Origin: Octopus vulgaris
Lineage: Eukaryota
Reading direction: 5' to 3'
NCBI GenBank assembly: GCA_951406725.2
Contig: OX597821.1
Coordinates: forward strand, 44,640,001 to 44,704,000
Length of the DNA stretch: 64,000 nt
Below the pieces are notes generated by a model that was given only the letters and a program-made list of their open reading frames with translations, was not told where the DNA came from and ran no database searches. The translations under genes were made by a program, and so were the position numbers. Of the stretch, positions 14,971 through 28,154 are shown piece by piece (positions within the stretch are counted from its first letter, which is position 1; each line of letters starts with the position of its first letter).

Positions 14971-16371
14971 GTATAATAATCTGCTTGTTCGTTTGTTAGA
15001 GAGGTATAGGTCGGGTAAAAGTGAGAGTGAGAGAGGAGGAGCATGAGTAGAGAAGTACAGAAAGATGTATAATAAGGCCAAATGCATCACATGGTTAGTT
15101 GAAGTGAGAGGCAAAGAGCAAGAGAAAAGGGTAAGAGAAAAGAAGGAGAGATAAATGTTAACAATGTGCTGTAGGGTGGGGAGAAAAATGTAATGAGAAA
15201 GAGATATGTTTAAGTATACACTTTTTAGCAGAAGGTGATGTTCTGGGTGGTGAGGTGAAAGAAAGGTAAATAGAGAGAGATGGAAAGGGGAGGCAGTTAC
15301 ATTAAGAGAGAAAGTGACAGACAGACAGACAGATAGCGTTTGCATTGTTAGAGTAGAGATACATTGACAGCAAGAAAAAGTAGATATAAACAAACAGCTG
15401 GACTGAAGTGAAATGAAATGAGCTCTATTACTAAAAACTATAGTGATGGTGGTTGTGTGTTGATAGTGAAAAGTTTTTTTCTTTTTACTGAACTAATTCT
15501 ATATTATTATTCTTCTCCCTGTTCATTCACTCTTTATGCTTTACTTTGTTAAAGAGGAGGAGGAAGTGTAGTGAGAGAAAATAAGAGCGAATGTGAGAGT
15601 GAGTGAGAGAACAGATAGCCAGCCAATGCGTTATGCTGTCACTCATGTGGTTAGTGGAAGTGAAAGATGAAGAGAAAGAGAGAAATGTTAAAGACAGGAA
15701 GAGGGAAATTACATGGTTAAAAAGTTTGTTGAAGAAGTAGAGTAAAAGAGAGGAATATAACGTGCTTAGTAGAGGGAAATTTTAAAATCAAATAATATAT
15801 TTTTGTGACTGGAAGTGAAATAACTTAGCAAAATAAAAATAAAAATTATCCTTTCTTAAATAGCTTCTCAATCTTTTTCATTCTGTGGAATTTCCATAGG
15901 TCCCACTAATTATTATTATTATTATTATTATTATTAAGGCTGAAAGGCATGAGGACAGATACATTCCTCTTTGGTAGAGCTCTCAGTGACTTCCCAAGCT
16001 TCACTTGAAAAGGAAATTAAGAGTGGAGAGGGAAATGCTGTGCTTGAGTGAGTTTATTGAAAGGTGGGTGAAAGTTGCAAAAATGGTAAGAGTGGATGGT
16101 ACCTCTCTAAGTATAGACCTGTGAGTCAGAGAGAAGGAATTGGAGAGGGCACTTGCTTTTGGGATTTCAGGGAAATCTTGGACAGTGGGGTTCCTTGATT
16201 ATCCCTAGAGGCTTTCTTTCTTTCTATATTTTTTTTTTCATCATTTCATTATATGTAAACTCCCAACACTTTATGTCTATCTTTGTATTGTCCTTCTCAT
16301 CCTTCGCCCTTGTGGCAAATAAATGAAATCATTATTATCATTATTATTAGACAAAACAAAGAGTGCAATGC

Positions 16372-16692
16372 GGTTGCAATTGATATTTTATTGGTTGAAC
16401 GATATTTCGACAGCAAGCCTGTCTTTGTTGAGTTCAAAATAAAAAGTGATAAAAACTCAAATCTAAAAGATGAACGAGAGCAACCAGCATCCATACATTG
16501 ATGGAATGACATCACCAGTCTTTTTTTCTGTCTTTTTCTTTTCGCCAGTTATAAAATTGACACTGGTTGCTCTTATTTATATTTTAAATTTGAATTTCTA
16601 TAATTTTGAATTTTTATCACTTTTTATTTTGAACTCAACAAAGACAGGCTTGCTGTCGAAATATTGTTCAACCAATAAAGTATCTATTGCAT
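16372..16692. repeat. Inverted repeat, about 90-bp arms
   Basis: ttattggttgaacgatatttcgacagcaagcctgtctttgttgagttcaaaataaaaagtgataaaaa is mirrored at about 16610-16679. Confidence 0.9.
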
Positions 16693-16944
16693 TTGCCTCA
16701 TGCTCTTCGACTTGTCTGTTTACCTTTGTGAAGAGTTACATTAATCCTTTTAAAATATTATTATTATTATTATCATTATTTTCTTTTTTTTTATTATTGT
16801 TGATGTCACTTTTTTGCTCCATGTAAATTCCCTGCTGATTTTTATTTATTGTTTCTAAATATTTTGCATTTATAATGTCCCCAACAAGTTATGACTTACT
16901 ACTACAAATAGTAGTAGTAGTAGTAACTATAAAATAGTGATGAA

Positions 16945-17684
16945 ATCAACTTTGTCTTTCATAACTCCAGTTCAAATTCCACCAAGGTTGACTTTACCTT
17001 TCCATCCTTTTAGGATCAATAAAATAAGTACCAGTTGAATCCTTGGGTTGATCTAATCAACTTACCCCCTCCCTAAAAATTTCTGGTCTTGTGCTAAAAT
17101 TTGAAACCATTATTATTATTATTATTATTAAGAAAGTAGCGAGCTGGCAGAATCATTAGCACACTGGATGAAATGCTTAGTGGTATTTCACCTGTTGCTA
17201 CATTCTGAGTTCAAATTCCACCGAGGCCAACTTTTGGGGTCAATAAATTAAGTACCAGTGAAACACTGGGGTCGATGTAATCAACCAGTCCCCTCCCCTA
17301 AAATTTCAGACCTTATGCCTTTAGGAGAAAGGATTATTAAGGCAGCAAACTGGCAGAAGCATTAGCACACTGGACAGAATGCTTAGCATTTTTATTTGAT
17401 TTTATGTTGAGTTCAAATTCCACTGAGGTCGATTTTGCCTTCCATCTTTTTGGGGGTTGATAAATTAAGTATCAATAATTGACAAGCTGCCTCCCCAAAA
17501 AATTTCAAGCTTGTGCCTATAGTAAAAAGGAAGGCAGCATTTCATCTGTCCTTATGTTCTGAGTTCAAATTTCACTGAGGCCAACTTTGTTGTTCATCCT
17601 TTGGGGGTTGATAAATTAAGTACTAGTGAAAGATTGGGGTCAATATAATCAACTAGTCCCCTCCCCCAAATTTCAGTAGAAAGG

Positions 17685-17725
<41 letters not shown>

Positions 17726-17936
17726 GGCAGCAAGCTGGCAGAATTGTTAGCACGCTGGACAAAATGCTTAGCGGTATTTTGCCCATCGCTACATTCTGAG
17801 TTCAAATTCTGCCAAGGTTCACTTTGCCTTTCATCCTTTAAGGGTCAATAAAATAAGTACCAGTTGAACATTGGAGTCGATGTAATTGACGCACCCCCTG
17901 CCCCAAAATTGTTGCCCTTGTGGAAAAATTTGAAAC

Positions 17937-17987
<51 letters not shown>

Positions 17988-18040
17988 CATCATTATTATT
18001 ATGGCAAGCTGGCAGAATGGTTAGCATGCTGGATAAAATT
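16945..18040 (+). mobile_element. Array of at least five head-to-tail copies of the same SINE
   Basis: Units start near 16945, 17135, 17341, 17533, 17726 and 18001 (partial), several joined by (ATT)n. Confidence 0.85.
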
Positions 18041-18350
18041 CATTCATCTTTTTATAATTGTTGTCATCATTGTTGTAGTTGTCATCATCATCATTAGTTT
18101 TTAGTTATATTTTTTCCCACATTGGTGTGGGTTGGGCAGATTTGTAAATACAACATACTTCCACACAACTCAATTCTGTGTTTTCCCTAACTTCATCAAT
18201 ATCTGGTGGTGTCCTAATATGATCAGTGTCCAGTGACTAAAATCAGGGTCTAGATAAAAGAAATCAATTGGTAGTAGCAACTAGCCATATTTAATATAAA
18301 TATTGAACTTCTTCAGTTTTATTATCTGTCTTACTTTGTCTATCAAACAG

Positions 18351-18446
18351 GTATTGCATGTCTCGACCCCAGTATCCTTCATCAGCAGGAATTTCAGCAC
18401 TAGTATCCTGTTGGAATTACCTATACAGTACCCTTGGTCAAGGAAA
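18351..18446 (+). CDS. BIVM: BIVM-family gene, coding exon 4
   Basis: Acceptor aaacag, donor gtaggt. Encodes [31 protein letters not shown] (cf. BIVM [31 protein letters not shown]). Confidence 0.95.
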
Positions 18447-19206
18447 GTAGGTACATCTGATTTATTATTTCTCTGCCTCATCTTCCTTCTCTCTTCACTT
18501 ATTCTTTGCCTCTTTCTGCATTTCTAATCTAATATTTCAAATTTAATTTCCTGATGATATAGTTTATTCATCTCATTCAAATTAATTGATTATCTTTTTT
18601 TATATATTAATTATGTAATGATTATGTTGATGATGATGTTTTGTTTTTGGACTATGGAAACAATTGCAGAACTTAGCATGAAATTATGAAATATCTGTGA
18701 AATCTTTACTTTTTATTCTTCTAAATATTCTGCTCTGAACATTTGGTTTCATCCAAATTATCTCTATGCAAACTCATTCCTATTGTGGATATTGTATTGA
18801 AGTCTTGATATATTGCAGTTTAACAATATCTTAAGCAAATGAGATCTTAAATTCAGTGAATATATATTTAATAGTGCTTATGCACTTATTGAATATATTA
18901 ATCTAATAACCTCTAAAACTTGGTCAGCTGTGACTAAGCTGATCAATGATCTAAACCTTTCCTGTCATGCTCAGCCTACCCTCTTGATTTTGTATATCTC
19001 TGTCTACTGTTTCGAATTGAAGTGAACAGTTAAAATCTCAATATCCCTACTCAAAAAAAAAAAAAAGAAAAAGTTTATCAGAGTAATTCTTTAGAAAACA
19101 GCACTCCCCTAGTTTTCTGTTGTTTGTTAATAATTGATTTTCAGTGTAAAACTATTCTCATGTTTCTGAACAAAAGTACAGTAGTTTAAAGTTTAAACAA
19201 GATATA

Positions 19207-19455
19207 GACAGGAGTCGATTGAAAAGTTCATAGGCTGACAAAGATGCTTGCATGGAGTGTGACCAAATGAGGTTTATTTTTCGACATGGTCCTCCATGTA
19301 GTCTACACACTCCTTCCATCAGTGTTGCAGTGTTTGGATCCAATTGGTAAAAAAGCTTTCATTCTATTGGTTAAAAAAAGTCATCACCAGTTGATAGTCA
19401 GATGGAGCCTAATCAGGGAAATAGGGAGGGTGACCAACCAGTTCAAAGCCACAGT
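19207..19455. mobile_element. Mariner-like terminal fragment
   Basis: gagtcgattgaaaagttcataggctgac resembles a mariner TIR end. No partner TIR was seen. Confidence 0.5.
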
Positions 19456-20741
19456 CGTATACAGCAGCCATTGAAACCAATGGTAAAATTAATACAAATT
19501 ATTTAAGTATAATATAACTAGAAAGTTTATTCTTGCGAATACAAGCAACTGAAAGGGGTTCCTCTGAAGGGTCTCTTGAATAACATTACTTAACAGGGTG
19601 TGAAGCTCAGATCAAGGAATCACTCCAGGTCAAGCCACTCCTTATCTTCGTTGAGAGATCACAGCTCTGGTATGACATTCATGATTAGAATGTCACAGGA
19701 AAGACGAACAAGCTGGATTCTTTAAGATGAGCTAACTATCAGGATACCTTAAGGTTGTCCAAGAAAAAAGATACTTGAATAATATCCTTAGTCTCAGTTG
19801 GTCATACTTGGGAATCTAACCAGAAAGTTTAATGATGGTTGTTTCTAATTAGAACAGCGGAAAAGATATATGATTGGATAAAACTGTCAATTATAAAAGG
19901 TAAAATTATGGCTTTTAGTTATAATTAGTAATTATTACTGAATGCAATTAATGATTGAACTACATTTCTACAGAAACATTAAATTTAATAAATTTTCTTG
20001 ATAACAAGAATTTATTTCTAATTATACAATAAAATTATTATTCACAGCAGAAGCAGTATTAGTATTACCAAAAAGCAATCTTTACATCTAACTTAATGAA
20101 TCTTGTTAAAATGCCAAACACTGTAATATTTGCCTTGAAACACATGGTACATAAAAGCACAGATATGTATCATAGCAGATGAGAATCATCTGTTATGGAT
20201 GCTGGAATTGTTGGATCTCATGATTTCAGTCTGCTGGAGTTGCTCAGTGGCAGGCATCCAGCAATTATACTTATATATATTAAAAGATTGTCAGGCTTTT
20301 ACAGACTATTCAGAGAAGTGAACTGATGGCCATAGGTGGGTGGCTGAGTTGTAGGATCAGTAAAGCGTTGGACACATGATTTTTTGCTCTTAGTTCAAAT
20401 CCGGCATATGTCAAGTTTACCTCTGAACCTTCAGAAATCAATGAGATAAGTAACAGGGAATGAAACAAGTTATGAAAACAATGTAATTGATTATAAGGCA
20501 ATAATGCTGCATGGCCAAATGATCCTATGACTGAAATTTGTAAAACCAATGAACTAATTTTTATAACAAAATTAAATTTAAATCAAATTTTAAAATATCA
20601 TGAAATATATTTCACCTCTTTCCTCTCCAACATAAAATTGGATGGATGCATATATGTATGTACATGTGCATGTATGTGTGTGTCTGCCAGCAAGGAAGAC
20701 AAACAGTAAATGATAATGATGATGAATGATATATATATATA

Positions 20742-21625
20742 CGTGGTCTGATCAATAAGTATCCAGACTGTTGCCATAGTGATGAAGCTAAAGCATGCAG
20801 AGTGAAGCCGCTTGGCACTGATTGACCTTGAACTCTGGTGTACATGTACACTAAGTTTTAACATTCTAGCTCACTTTTGCTGTTTACAGCAATGCTTGGA
20901 AGGAAGATGTGTAGCATGTGATCATCACATTGACAATAACAAAGAAAGTTTAGCAGAGAATCAGCATCAAATTTTGCCAAACGCTTGATGATACCTGCGC
21001 AGAGACCTATGCAAAATTTTCAAAAAGCTTTCAGCGTTCTCAACACAATCAAGGACATTTTGTACAGCTGAAAGATGAATATCTTTTTGGTCAGCTGAAA
21101 GCAGTTTTGGCACAAACTTGATGGACACGCATCTCATACCCAAATCTTCAGTGATAATGGACTGAACTGAACCGTAACTAATCTACACATCCTCTGATAA
21201 CTCATGGATAGGGATTCACTGATTTCCTCTCACAGGTGCACGCACATCTGCAATGTTCTGCTGTCTGTGGGGCTCCCTGTACGTTTATCAATATTGACAT
21301 TTTTCAGCCATCTTGGAAACATCTGAACCACCCATACACTTGTGTGCAGCTTAAACACTCCTTTCCATACACTTTCTGCAACTTTGCATAGGCCTCTGAG
21401 CAGGTATCACCATCACAACTTTCTCTCTCATGGTCAATGCAATGATCACACACTACACACCTTCCTTCCAAGCACTGCTGTAAACAGTGGAAGTGAGCTA
21501 GAATGTTAAAACTGAGTGCGCATGCACAGCAGAATTCAAAGTCAATCTGTGCTAAGAGGCTTCACTCTGCATGCTTTAGCTTTGTTACTATGGCAACAGT
21601 CCAGATACTTATTGATCAGACTTCG
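20742..21625. mobile_element. Mariner-derived non-autonomous element with long inverted arms
   Basis: TA|cgtggtctgatcaataagtatccagactgttgccatagt ... actatggcaacagtccagatacttattgatcagacttcg|TA. The arms stay similar for more than 200 bp. Confidence 0.85.
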
Positions 21626-22639
21626 TATGTGTGTATGCATATATGAATGTGTATATGTATGTACATGTATATATATGCATATATGTGTGTATGTATGTAT
21701 ATATATATATATACATGTATGTATATATATATATATATATATACATGTGTGTATATATATATACATATATGTGTGTATGTATATGTGTATATATATATGT
21801 ATATGTGTATGTATATGTGTGTGTGTATGTGCGTGTGTATAAAAGCATATATATGTACCAACTAAACAAAATGTAAGAGCAAAATCAGTCTACAGTCAGT
21901 TTTGTTTGATCAAGTTGCTTCAGAGTTATCTCCCTTATTACACGAAAAATGCCTTGTAAGAGAAATACATTTTATATACTAAATAATGAAAATCCACACT
22001 AATGTGTGTGTGTAGACACGTAGCTTAGTTATTAGGGTGTTGGACTCATGATCATAAGATTGTGGTTTTGATTCTTGGACAGGGCATAGCATTGTGTTTT
22101 TGACCAAAAGCCCTCAGTTCACGTTGCTCCTGTCCACTCAGCAAGTAATTGTAATGGACTTGCATCTTGTCCAATGAGGAATATGTACCCTTCGGAAACT
22201 GGGATACCCACTTAATGAGTATATATGACATGGAAAGCATCTTATGATATTTTTCATGTAACAAGAAGTTATAAATTTCGAGAATATGTAAAATATTTCT
22301 TTTTTTTTTTTTCTTCCTTCTGGAACAAAGGAAATAAAGCTATATATAACTGCATGTTACTATTGGGCTGAGAACCCTTTGCATAGCAGGTGAAATAAAG
22401 GCAAACTAAATAAAAGCAATTTTCTTCCGTATCTTAAATTTTTTGGGTCGTTTTTATTTTTTTATTTAGATAATTTAATAATTACATATATAACACATGT
22501 ATATGATAGATATATAACAAAAAAAACGCAAAATACAAATCCAAAGCTGAAAAAAACAGAAATATGAGTGAAGAAAAAAAAAAGAAGAGGAAGAAAGAAA
22601 AAAAGAAAAAGAAAGAAAGAAACATCAATTCAACACCAA

Positions 22640-24629
22640 TTGGTCTCACACCACAAGGTTCAACGGAATCTACTGAAACAAGTCAACATGCAACATTACC
22701 ATGAGTGATGGTAGGGCTAAGGCATTGGAACAGCCAAGCACCTTCACAGGTTTCACCTGACACCTCTGTAAGATGAGCTGCCATTTGTCTACAATATCAA
22801 GGTCAGCCAAAAGAATGTCTTTGTCCAGGGAAAGAGAGATTGCTGCGGAAAGGGAAGCATGCCAAGAAATGAACTGACTGTACACTACAAAAGTCAGAGC
22901 ATCTCAAAGTGATGAACAGAGGTATGCACGACTGACAAGGAATAGGATCTCCACTGCAGAATGAAGAGCAGTTGCAACAGCTCAGAGAAGCAACTTCTAT
23001 GAAGCAGTTCATTATGCAGATGATGCTAGAATTTCCATTGGTGCAATGACAACTGAGTGCATTCATTGTAAAGCAAATAAGTAGTCTGGAGAGACACCTG
23101 CACTGTGCTGCAGTGATGAAAAGGTTAAACTCCCTGCAATCCTCCAACCTCCAAAGCCATTGAAGAAACTGTTGTCATCAACTGATCAAAATTCCAAGCA
23201 CTTCCAAAACAAAATTAGACAATACAATGCTGCACTACAGATGACATCATTTGGAGCCACAAGAGATTTAACTGAGCCAGGATTCGTACAAACTTTCAAG
23301 ATCCAAGGTCAGATTTATCATTAGATTGGCTCTCTACTACCTCTGTCAAGTGAATCACCAAAATTCCTTTAAATATATTTTATGGGTGATTCTCAACAAG
23401 AGCAAGAGAGGTGCAAGAACATTTCTGGCATCAGGATGAACATTGTAGTGTCTCTGCAAAAGATGCTGCATAACAACAACAACCTGATCAGAAGCTTCAT
23501 GACTGTGCTTGAAACAATTCCACCCGATACCATGGATTACAAGGTAGTTATCAGATTAGACAAGAAACCATCAAGTCAACATGAAGGGAGGTTTAAGGGG
23601 CCAACAGCAAATGAAATAGCTGTGTTTCTGGTTGGGCAAGAACATGACAAGCTTGATATTGTCCTCCATCTCAGAGACAAATGGAAGCACCCAAAAATAT
23701 CACACAGCATTCTTCAAGCTCTGTCATGAGGATGAATTTGCTTCAAGAGTGCTATACAATGAAGTTCCACAATTCTATACCTGGTACTAAATCAAATGGA
23801 AAAGACTTGCACTTGGAACACTCACGCATCATCTGGAAATCAAGAAATCAGACACACTTGGCAGAGTCTATGTTGTCCATCACAACTTCTCAGAGTGCTA
23901 CTATCTAAGAGTCAAGGGACCTACGTCATTTACAGCCTTACATATGGTTGATAACAGTATGTCAAACATATCGCCAGGCTTGCCATCTCAGAGGTCTTCT
24001 GGAAGATGAGGCACACTGGGATGCCACTCTGACAGAGGCACAAATGTGTGAGTCTCCTACGCAGCTGAGAAACCTCTTCTCCATCGTGGCAACATGATGG
24101 GTGAGAATGTTCTACACTTCAAGATGAAAAGAACTTCTACATTCTCAGTGATAAACATGGCAAGACAGAAGACATAGGACATGAAGAAGCACTTACATGA
24201 ATCATACGTCTATGTCATATACAAAAGTGTAAAACCATTGAGTGTTACAGTATTACTATAACACTTTCACTTTTTGACTGACATGCGTGAATATATATCT
24301 GTGTGTATATAAGTGAAACAATAACGTGATATATTTGCTGTCTGTTTGTGTGTGTACTCTACACACGGCCTTTCATTGTTTATAATCTGTACCTTTGTTT
24401 GGCTACGAAATAAGTTAGACAAATGTGTATTTACTTTATATACATATATGACTTGAAAATTTTCTTTTCACATTTCATTTCATGTCTATGATCTGTGTTG
24501 GCATGGGTTGCAGAGTTATGTAGAAAGTTGGTATTTCAGCTACTAGCAGTTAAGACCTGTGTAATCTAGACAGCGTTTTTAAATTTCATTGTTTTCTTTA
24601 ACCCAGGTAACGTCAGATATTTCTGCTAG
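22640..24629 (+). mobile_element. Degenerate Helitron (Rep-helicase remnants plus 3' terminus)
   Basis: IRQYNAALQMTSFG, FKIQGQIYH, PTANEIAV, VKGPTSF and GLLEDEAHWD with frameshifts. The 3' end is acccaggtaacgtcagatatttctgCTAG|T. The 5' boundary is approximate. Confidence 0.88.
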
Positions 24630-24668
<39 letters not shown>

Positions 24669-24813
24669 ATAATATATAAGCATGTATATCATTTGTTGTT
24701 TTCTCAAAAAATCTCATTTCTTGCACTTCCTTTTCTCTAACATTTCTAAATCAATTATTTTTGCTTGTTATCTGTGATGATAAAAAGCTAATTTACAGTT
24801 CCTTTTATTTCAG

Positions 24814-24918
24814 CCGTGATCCAGTAAGTCAAGAGGTTGCTTTAACGATACTTGGTTATCAACCACCATTTTCAGAAATAGATTCTCAAGACATTGTAAC
24901 GAACCAGGGTTTGATAAA
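24814..24918 (+). CDS. BIVM: BIVM-family gene, coding exon 5
   Basis: Acceptor tttcag, donor gtaagt. Encodes RDPVSQEVALTILGYQPPFSEI (cf. BIVM [21 protein letters not shown]). Confidence 0.93.
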
Positions 24919-24966
24919 GTAAGTCTCTTTGACCATTAAATTAAAGCAATTTTTTTTTTCTTTCCG

Positions 24967-25002
<36 letters not shown>

Positions 25003-25639
25003 TGTTTTAACAGACAAAGACATCTTTTGCTATAATTATAATGAGCTTATTGCATACAGAGCTCAGGTGCTCTATAATTCATCAGAAGAGGTTAAAAGAG
25101 GGAAAAGTAAAGAACAAATAATCTAGTATACAGAATAAAACAAAAATATGTAAAAGGGAATAAAAGAGGGAAAGGTTCATTCGTACCCCAGGAATAGTGT
25201 TGGTGAATTTTGGGAAGCATGGAATTTTTTGAAGTCTATAGTGTTCTGATAACTAACAACTGATGCAAGTAGTTGATTTCATGCTTCAGCAGTTTTGTGC
25301 ATGAAAAAAGATGTTTCAAAATATCATGGGAACTTGTTGGATTTTTTCCTAATTTTATAAGCATGTCCATAAGTGGTAGGAGTATTGAATTTAATAAGTG
25401 ACTGAAGTTGTTGGAAATATAAAGGATAATCTTGTGAAATTCAGCCAAAGTCAGCTGTTACACATTGACCCTTTATCGTGTCAGTGCCCAAAGAAACAAT
25501 ACATTCAAAGTATAAGTAACTGACAGTGGATACTTATCTGATTGCATGTCTCATGATAGCTTTCAGTAGATCAATATTCTGCCTAAGATGGAGGTTCTGA
25601 GCTGGAAATGCAAGCTGCAAGATCTACCATAGCCATTGT

Positions 25640-25825
25640 CATCATATTCACTTAAGTCTGTTTTTTATGCTGGCATGGGTTGGATGGTTTGACAGGATTC
25701 AGCAAGCCATAAAACCATGTTGAGCTTCAGTGTCAGCTTTGGCATGGTCTGCAGCTGGATGCCCTTCCTAATGCCAACCACTTTACAGAATATACTGGGT
25801 GCATTTTTTTTGTGCCACCTGCACT
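25640..25825 (-). mobile_element. Old RTE 3'-end fragment
   Basis: gctggcatgggttggatggtttgac and gctggatgcccttcctaatgccaaccac are the reverse complement of the RTE tail. Similar minus-strand relics occur at about 7975-8085, 26975-27060, 27945-28090 and 45155-45280. Confidence 0.7.
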
Positions 25826-26393
25826 ACCAAGGTTACCAAGTAACTTGCAAGAATAGAAAGGAACAAGAAAAAGGAAAAGAGAGAAGTGGGAAAGTAAAAA
25901 GGTCTCTCTCTCTCTAAGAAATTGATGGTGTTTGTTATTTAACCCCAGGTCAGCCCTGATTGAGAAGACTGATCAAAATATTCCAGCTGTGATCATCCCT
26001 TATTATTTTTAGACAATCCATCCAAGGCAGCTTTCCAAATTGTGTCTTTCTATTTTTTAAGATGTTACTGTTTAGTTTGAGGGAATTTAGCTGCTTTTTG
26101 TATTAGATTATGTTAGCTCCCAAACCATTTCTCACCTATGGACCCCTTTGATTCCTATTTTACTCAGATGGACCCATGCTATTCACTGTATATGAACAAA
26201 AAAAATCTAAGTGTATTTTATTAATTAAATAATTATATAAAAAATTTTAATATTTTGTGTACTGTAGAAATATAACTAATATATTGCACAAAAGTTTTGA
26301 CAATAAAATCTTATATAGACCCCAGTTGAGAACCCCTGCCCTAGAGGCTCCCTCGTTGTATTAATATAAAAATTGTTTTTATTTTTATTTCAG

Positions 26394-26618
26394 ATCATTT
26401 CAAAAATTAAATGAACATTTTGAGGTTGCGGGTCGTGGTGGTGTGTTCTTAAAACTGCAAGGAGCTGATGCAACAAACTTAAAAGAAGATTATGCTCTTG
26501 CTTTACTCAAGAAAGGACTGAAAAGTAAGCAGACAGCCTATATTTACCACTGTGAGAAGCATTTCTTGTGTCCAATTGGTTATGAAAATACTCCATTGAG
26601 AGCTACTGATGCATATTC
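26394..26618 (+). CDS. BIVM: BIVM-family gene, coding exon 6
   Basis: Acceptor tttcag, donor gtaagt. Encodes FQKLNEHFEV...AYIYHCEKHFLCPIGYENTP (cf. BIVM [20 protein letters not shown]). Confidence 0.95.
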
Positions 26619-27517
26619 GTAAGTAGTAATTTTGTATAAATATTGTTTCGGTAACAATTATCTTTGTTATGGCTGGCTGGATGTGTGAACAAACAGAAAG
26701 AACTATTCTAAGTGCACCATAGCCAATAGAACCTTTAGAAAAATAAGCCTTTAATTTTTGTCACCATTGCTGTCATTGTTACAGATTCTTCATGAACCAA
26801 TCACTGTTTAATTGTATTTCTGATAAGCAGAGTGACACAGGAGTATCTGTTACTTGATGCAGAACAAATATCACTTTGTTAAAAAAACATCTATTTTTCA
26901 GTTTTCTCACCTGATGAGCACATCTTTGCCAATATACTTACTGAATGACATACCTATCATGATAATTGTTTTCACTTCCACTTATCCATGCTTGCATGGG
27001 TTAGATTGAGACAGACTTTCAACAGTCAGATGCCATTCCTGTCACCAGTCCTCACATATTTCCAAACAAGATGATGATATTTCCCATAGCTAGACATGTT
27101 TTCACAAAATATTGGAAATGTATAACAGTGCTTGTATGAAAGTGACACTCATTTGAAACTACCATGCGGTGTTATGATAAGGAGACACATGCATAATACA
27201 TACACATAAACATATATATATAAAACTATTTTCAGGATCTAATAGAATCGAGGTATTTTAATAACAAATGCACCAAGGTAGAGTCAAGGATAGCATACCT
27301 GTAAATTAACAGTGTGTATGGATGCTCATGTACTTACTAAAACATATACGGATTTGTCCTTCCAGTTACACATACATCCACAAATACAAATACATGCAAT
27401 GTATACATAAAATCTTACAAGAGTATACTCCAGCATGCAGTCCACAGTCCACTGTAGGCTCAAGATCTAACACGGAAGTTTACGAGTGTGGTGTAGTATA
27501 AATAGTAACATAAGAGT

Positions 27518-27641
27518 GCTGAGGTTCACTACAGCTGTTTCAGACATGTTTTTGTTTTGATGAACAAATCAATTACAATTATGTAACTGATGTGTTCATC
27601 AATAAAAAAACATGTCTGAAACAGCTGTAGTGAACCTCAGC
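27518..27641. repeat. Palindrome: 36-bp perfect arms plus imperfect inner arms
   Basis: gctgaggttcactacagctgtttcagacatgttttt / aaaaacatgtctgaaacagctgtagtgaacctcagc. Confidence 0.95.
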
Positions 27642-28154
27642 CCATTTGTGTGTGTGTGTGTACATCCACTCACAAGGCTTTGGTTAGCTTGGGACCAAAG
27701 TAGAAAACTCTTTCCCTAGGTGCCACACAGTAGGACTAAGCAGAAAACCATGAGGCTGGAAAGAAATATGTTCATACATATGTGTATGGATTCATAAACT
27801 TTTGTTTACAAACTAGAGAAAAAGTACTCAGTATGCAGACTAAGTATATTTTATTAGAAGTTGAAACTTCTTGAATCATAACTCTGCATGTCATATTTCC
27901 AATTATTCAAACTATTGAATTAGAAAGGTTGTGTAATAATCATCACCATCATTTAACATCCTTCTTTGATAGTGGCATTGGTTGGACAGTTCAATGGGAT
28001 CTAAGAAGCCAAAGAACAGCATCAAAGTTGAATGTCAGCTTTGACATGGTTTCTATAGATGGATGCCTTTCCTAATGCTAGCCACCTTACAAAGTGCAAA
28101 AATTGCTGTAAACCCATTGAAGTATGACTCATCACTAATATATCAGTATCTAAT

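Noticed and set aside
25020-25095. CTGATGA plus a hairpin on the - strand, a possible hammerhead
   Set aside because: No GAAA and cleavage triplet follow stem II at the right place. At most a decayed relic.
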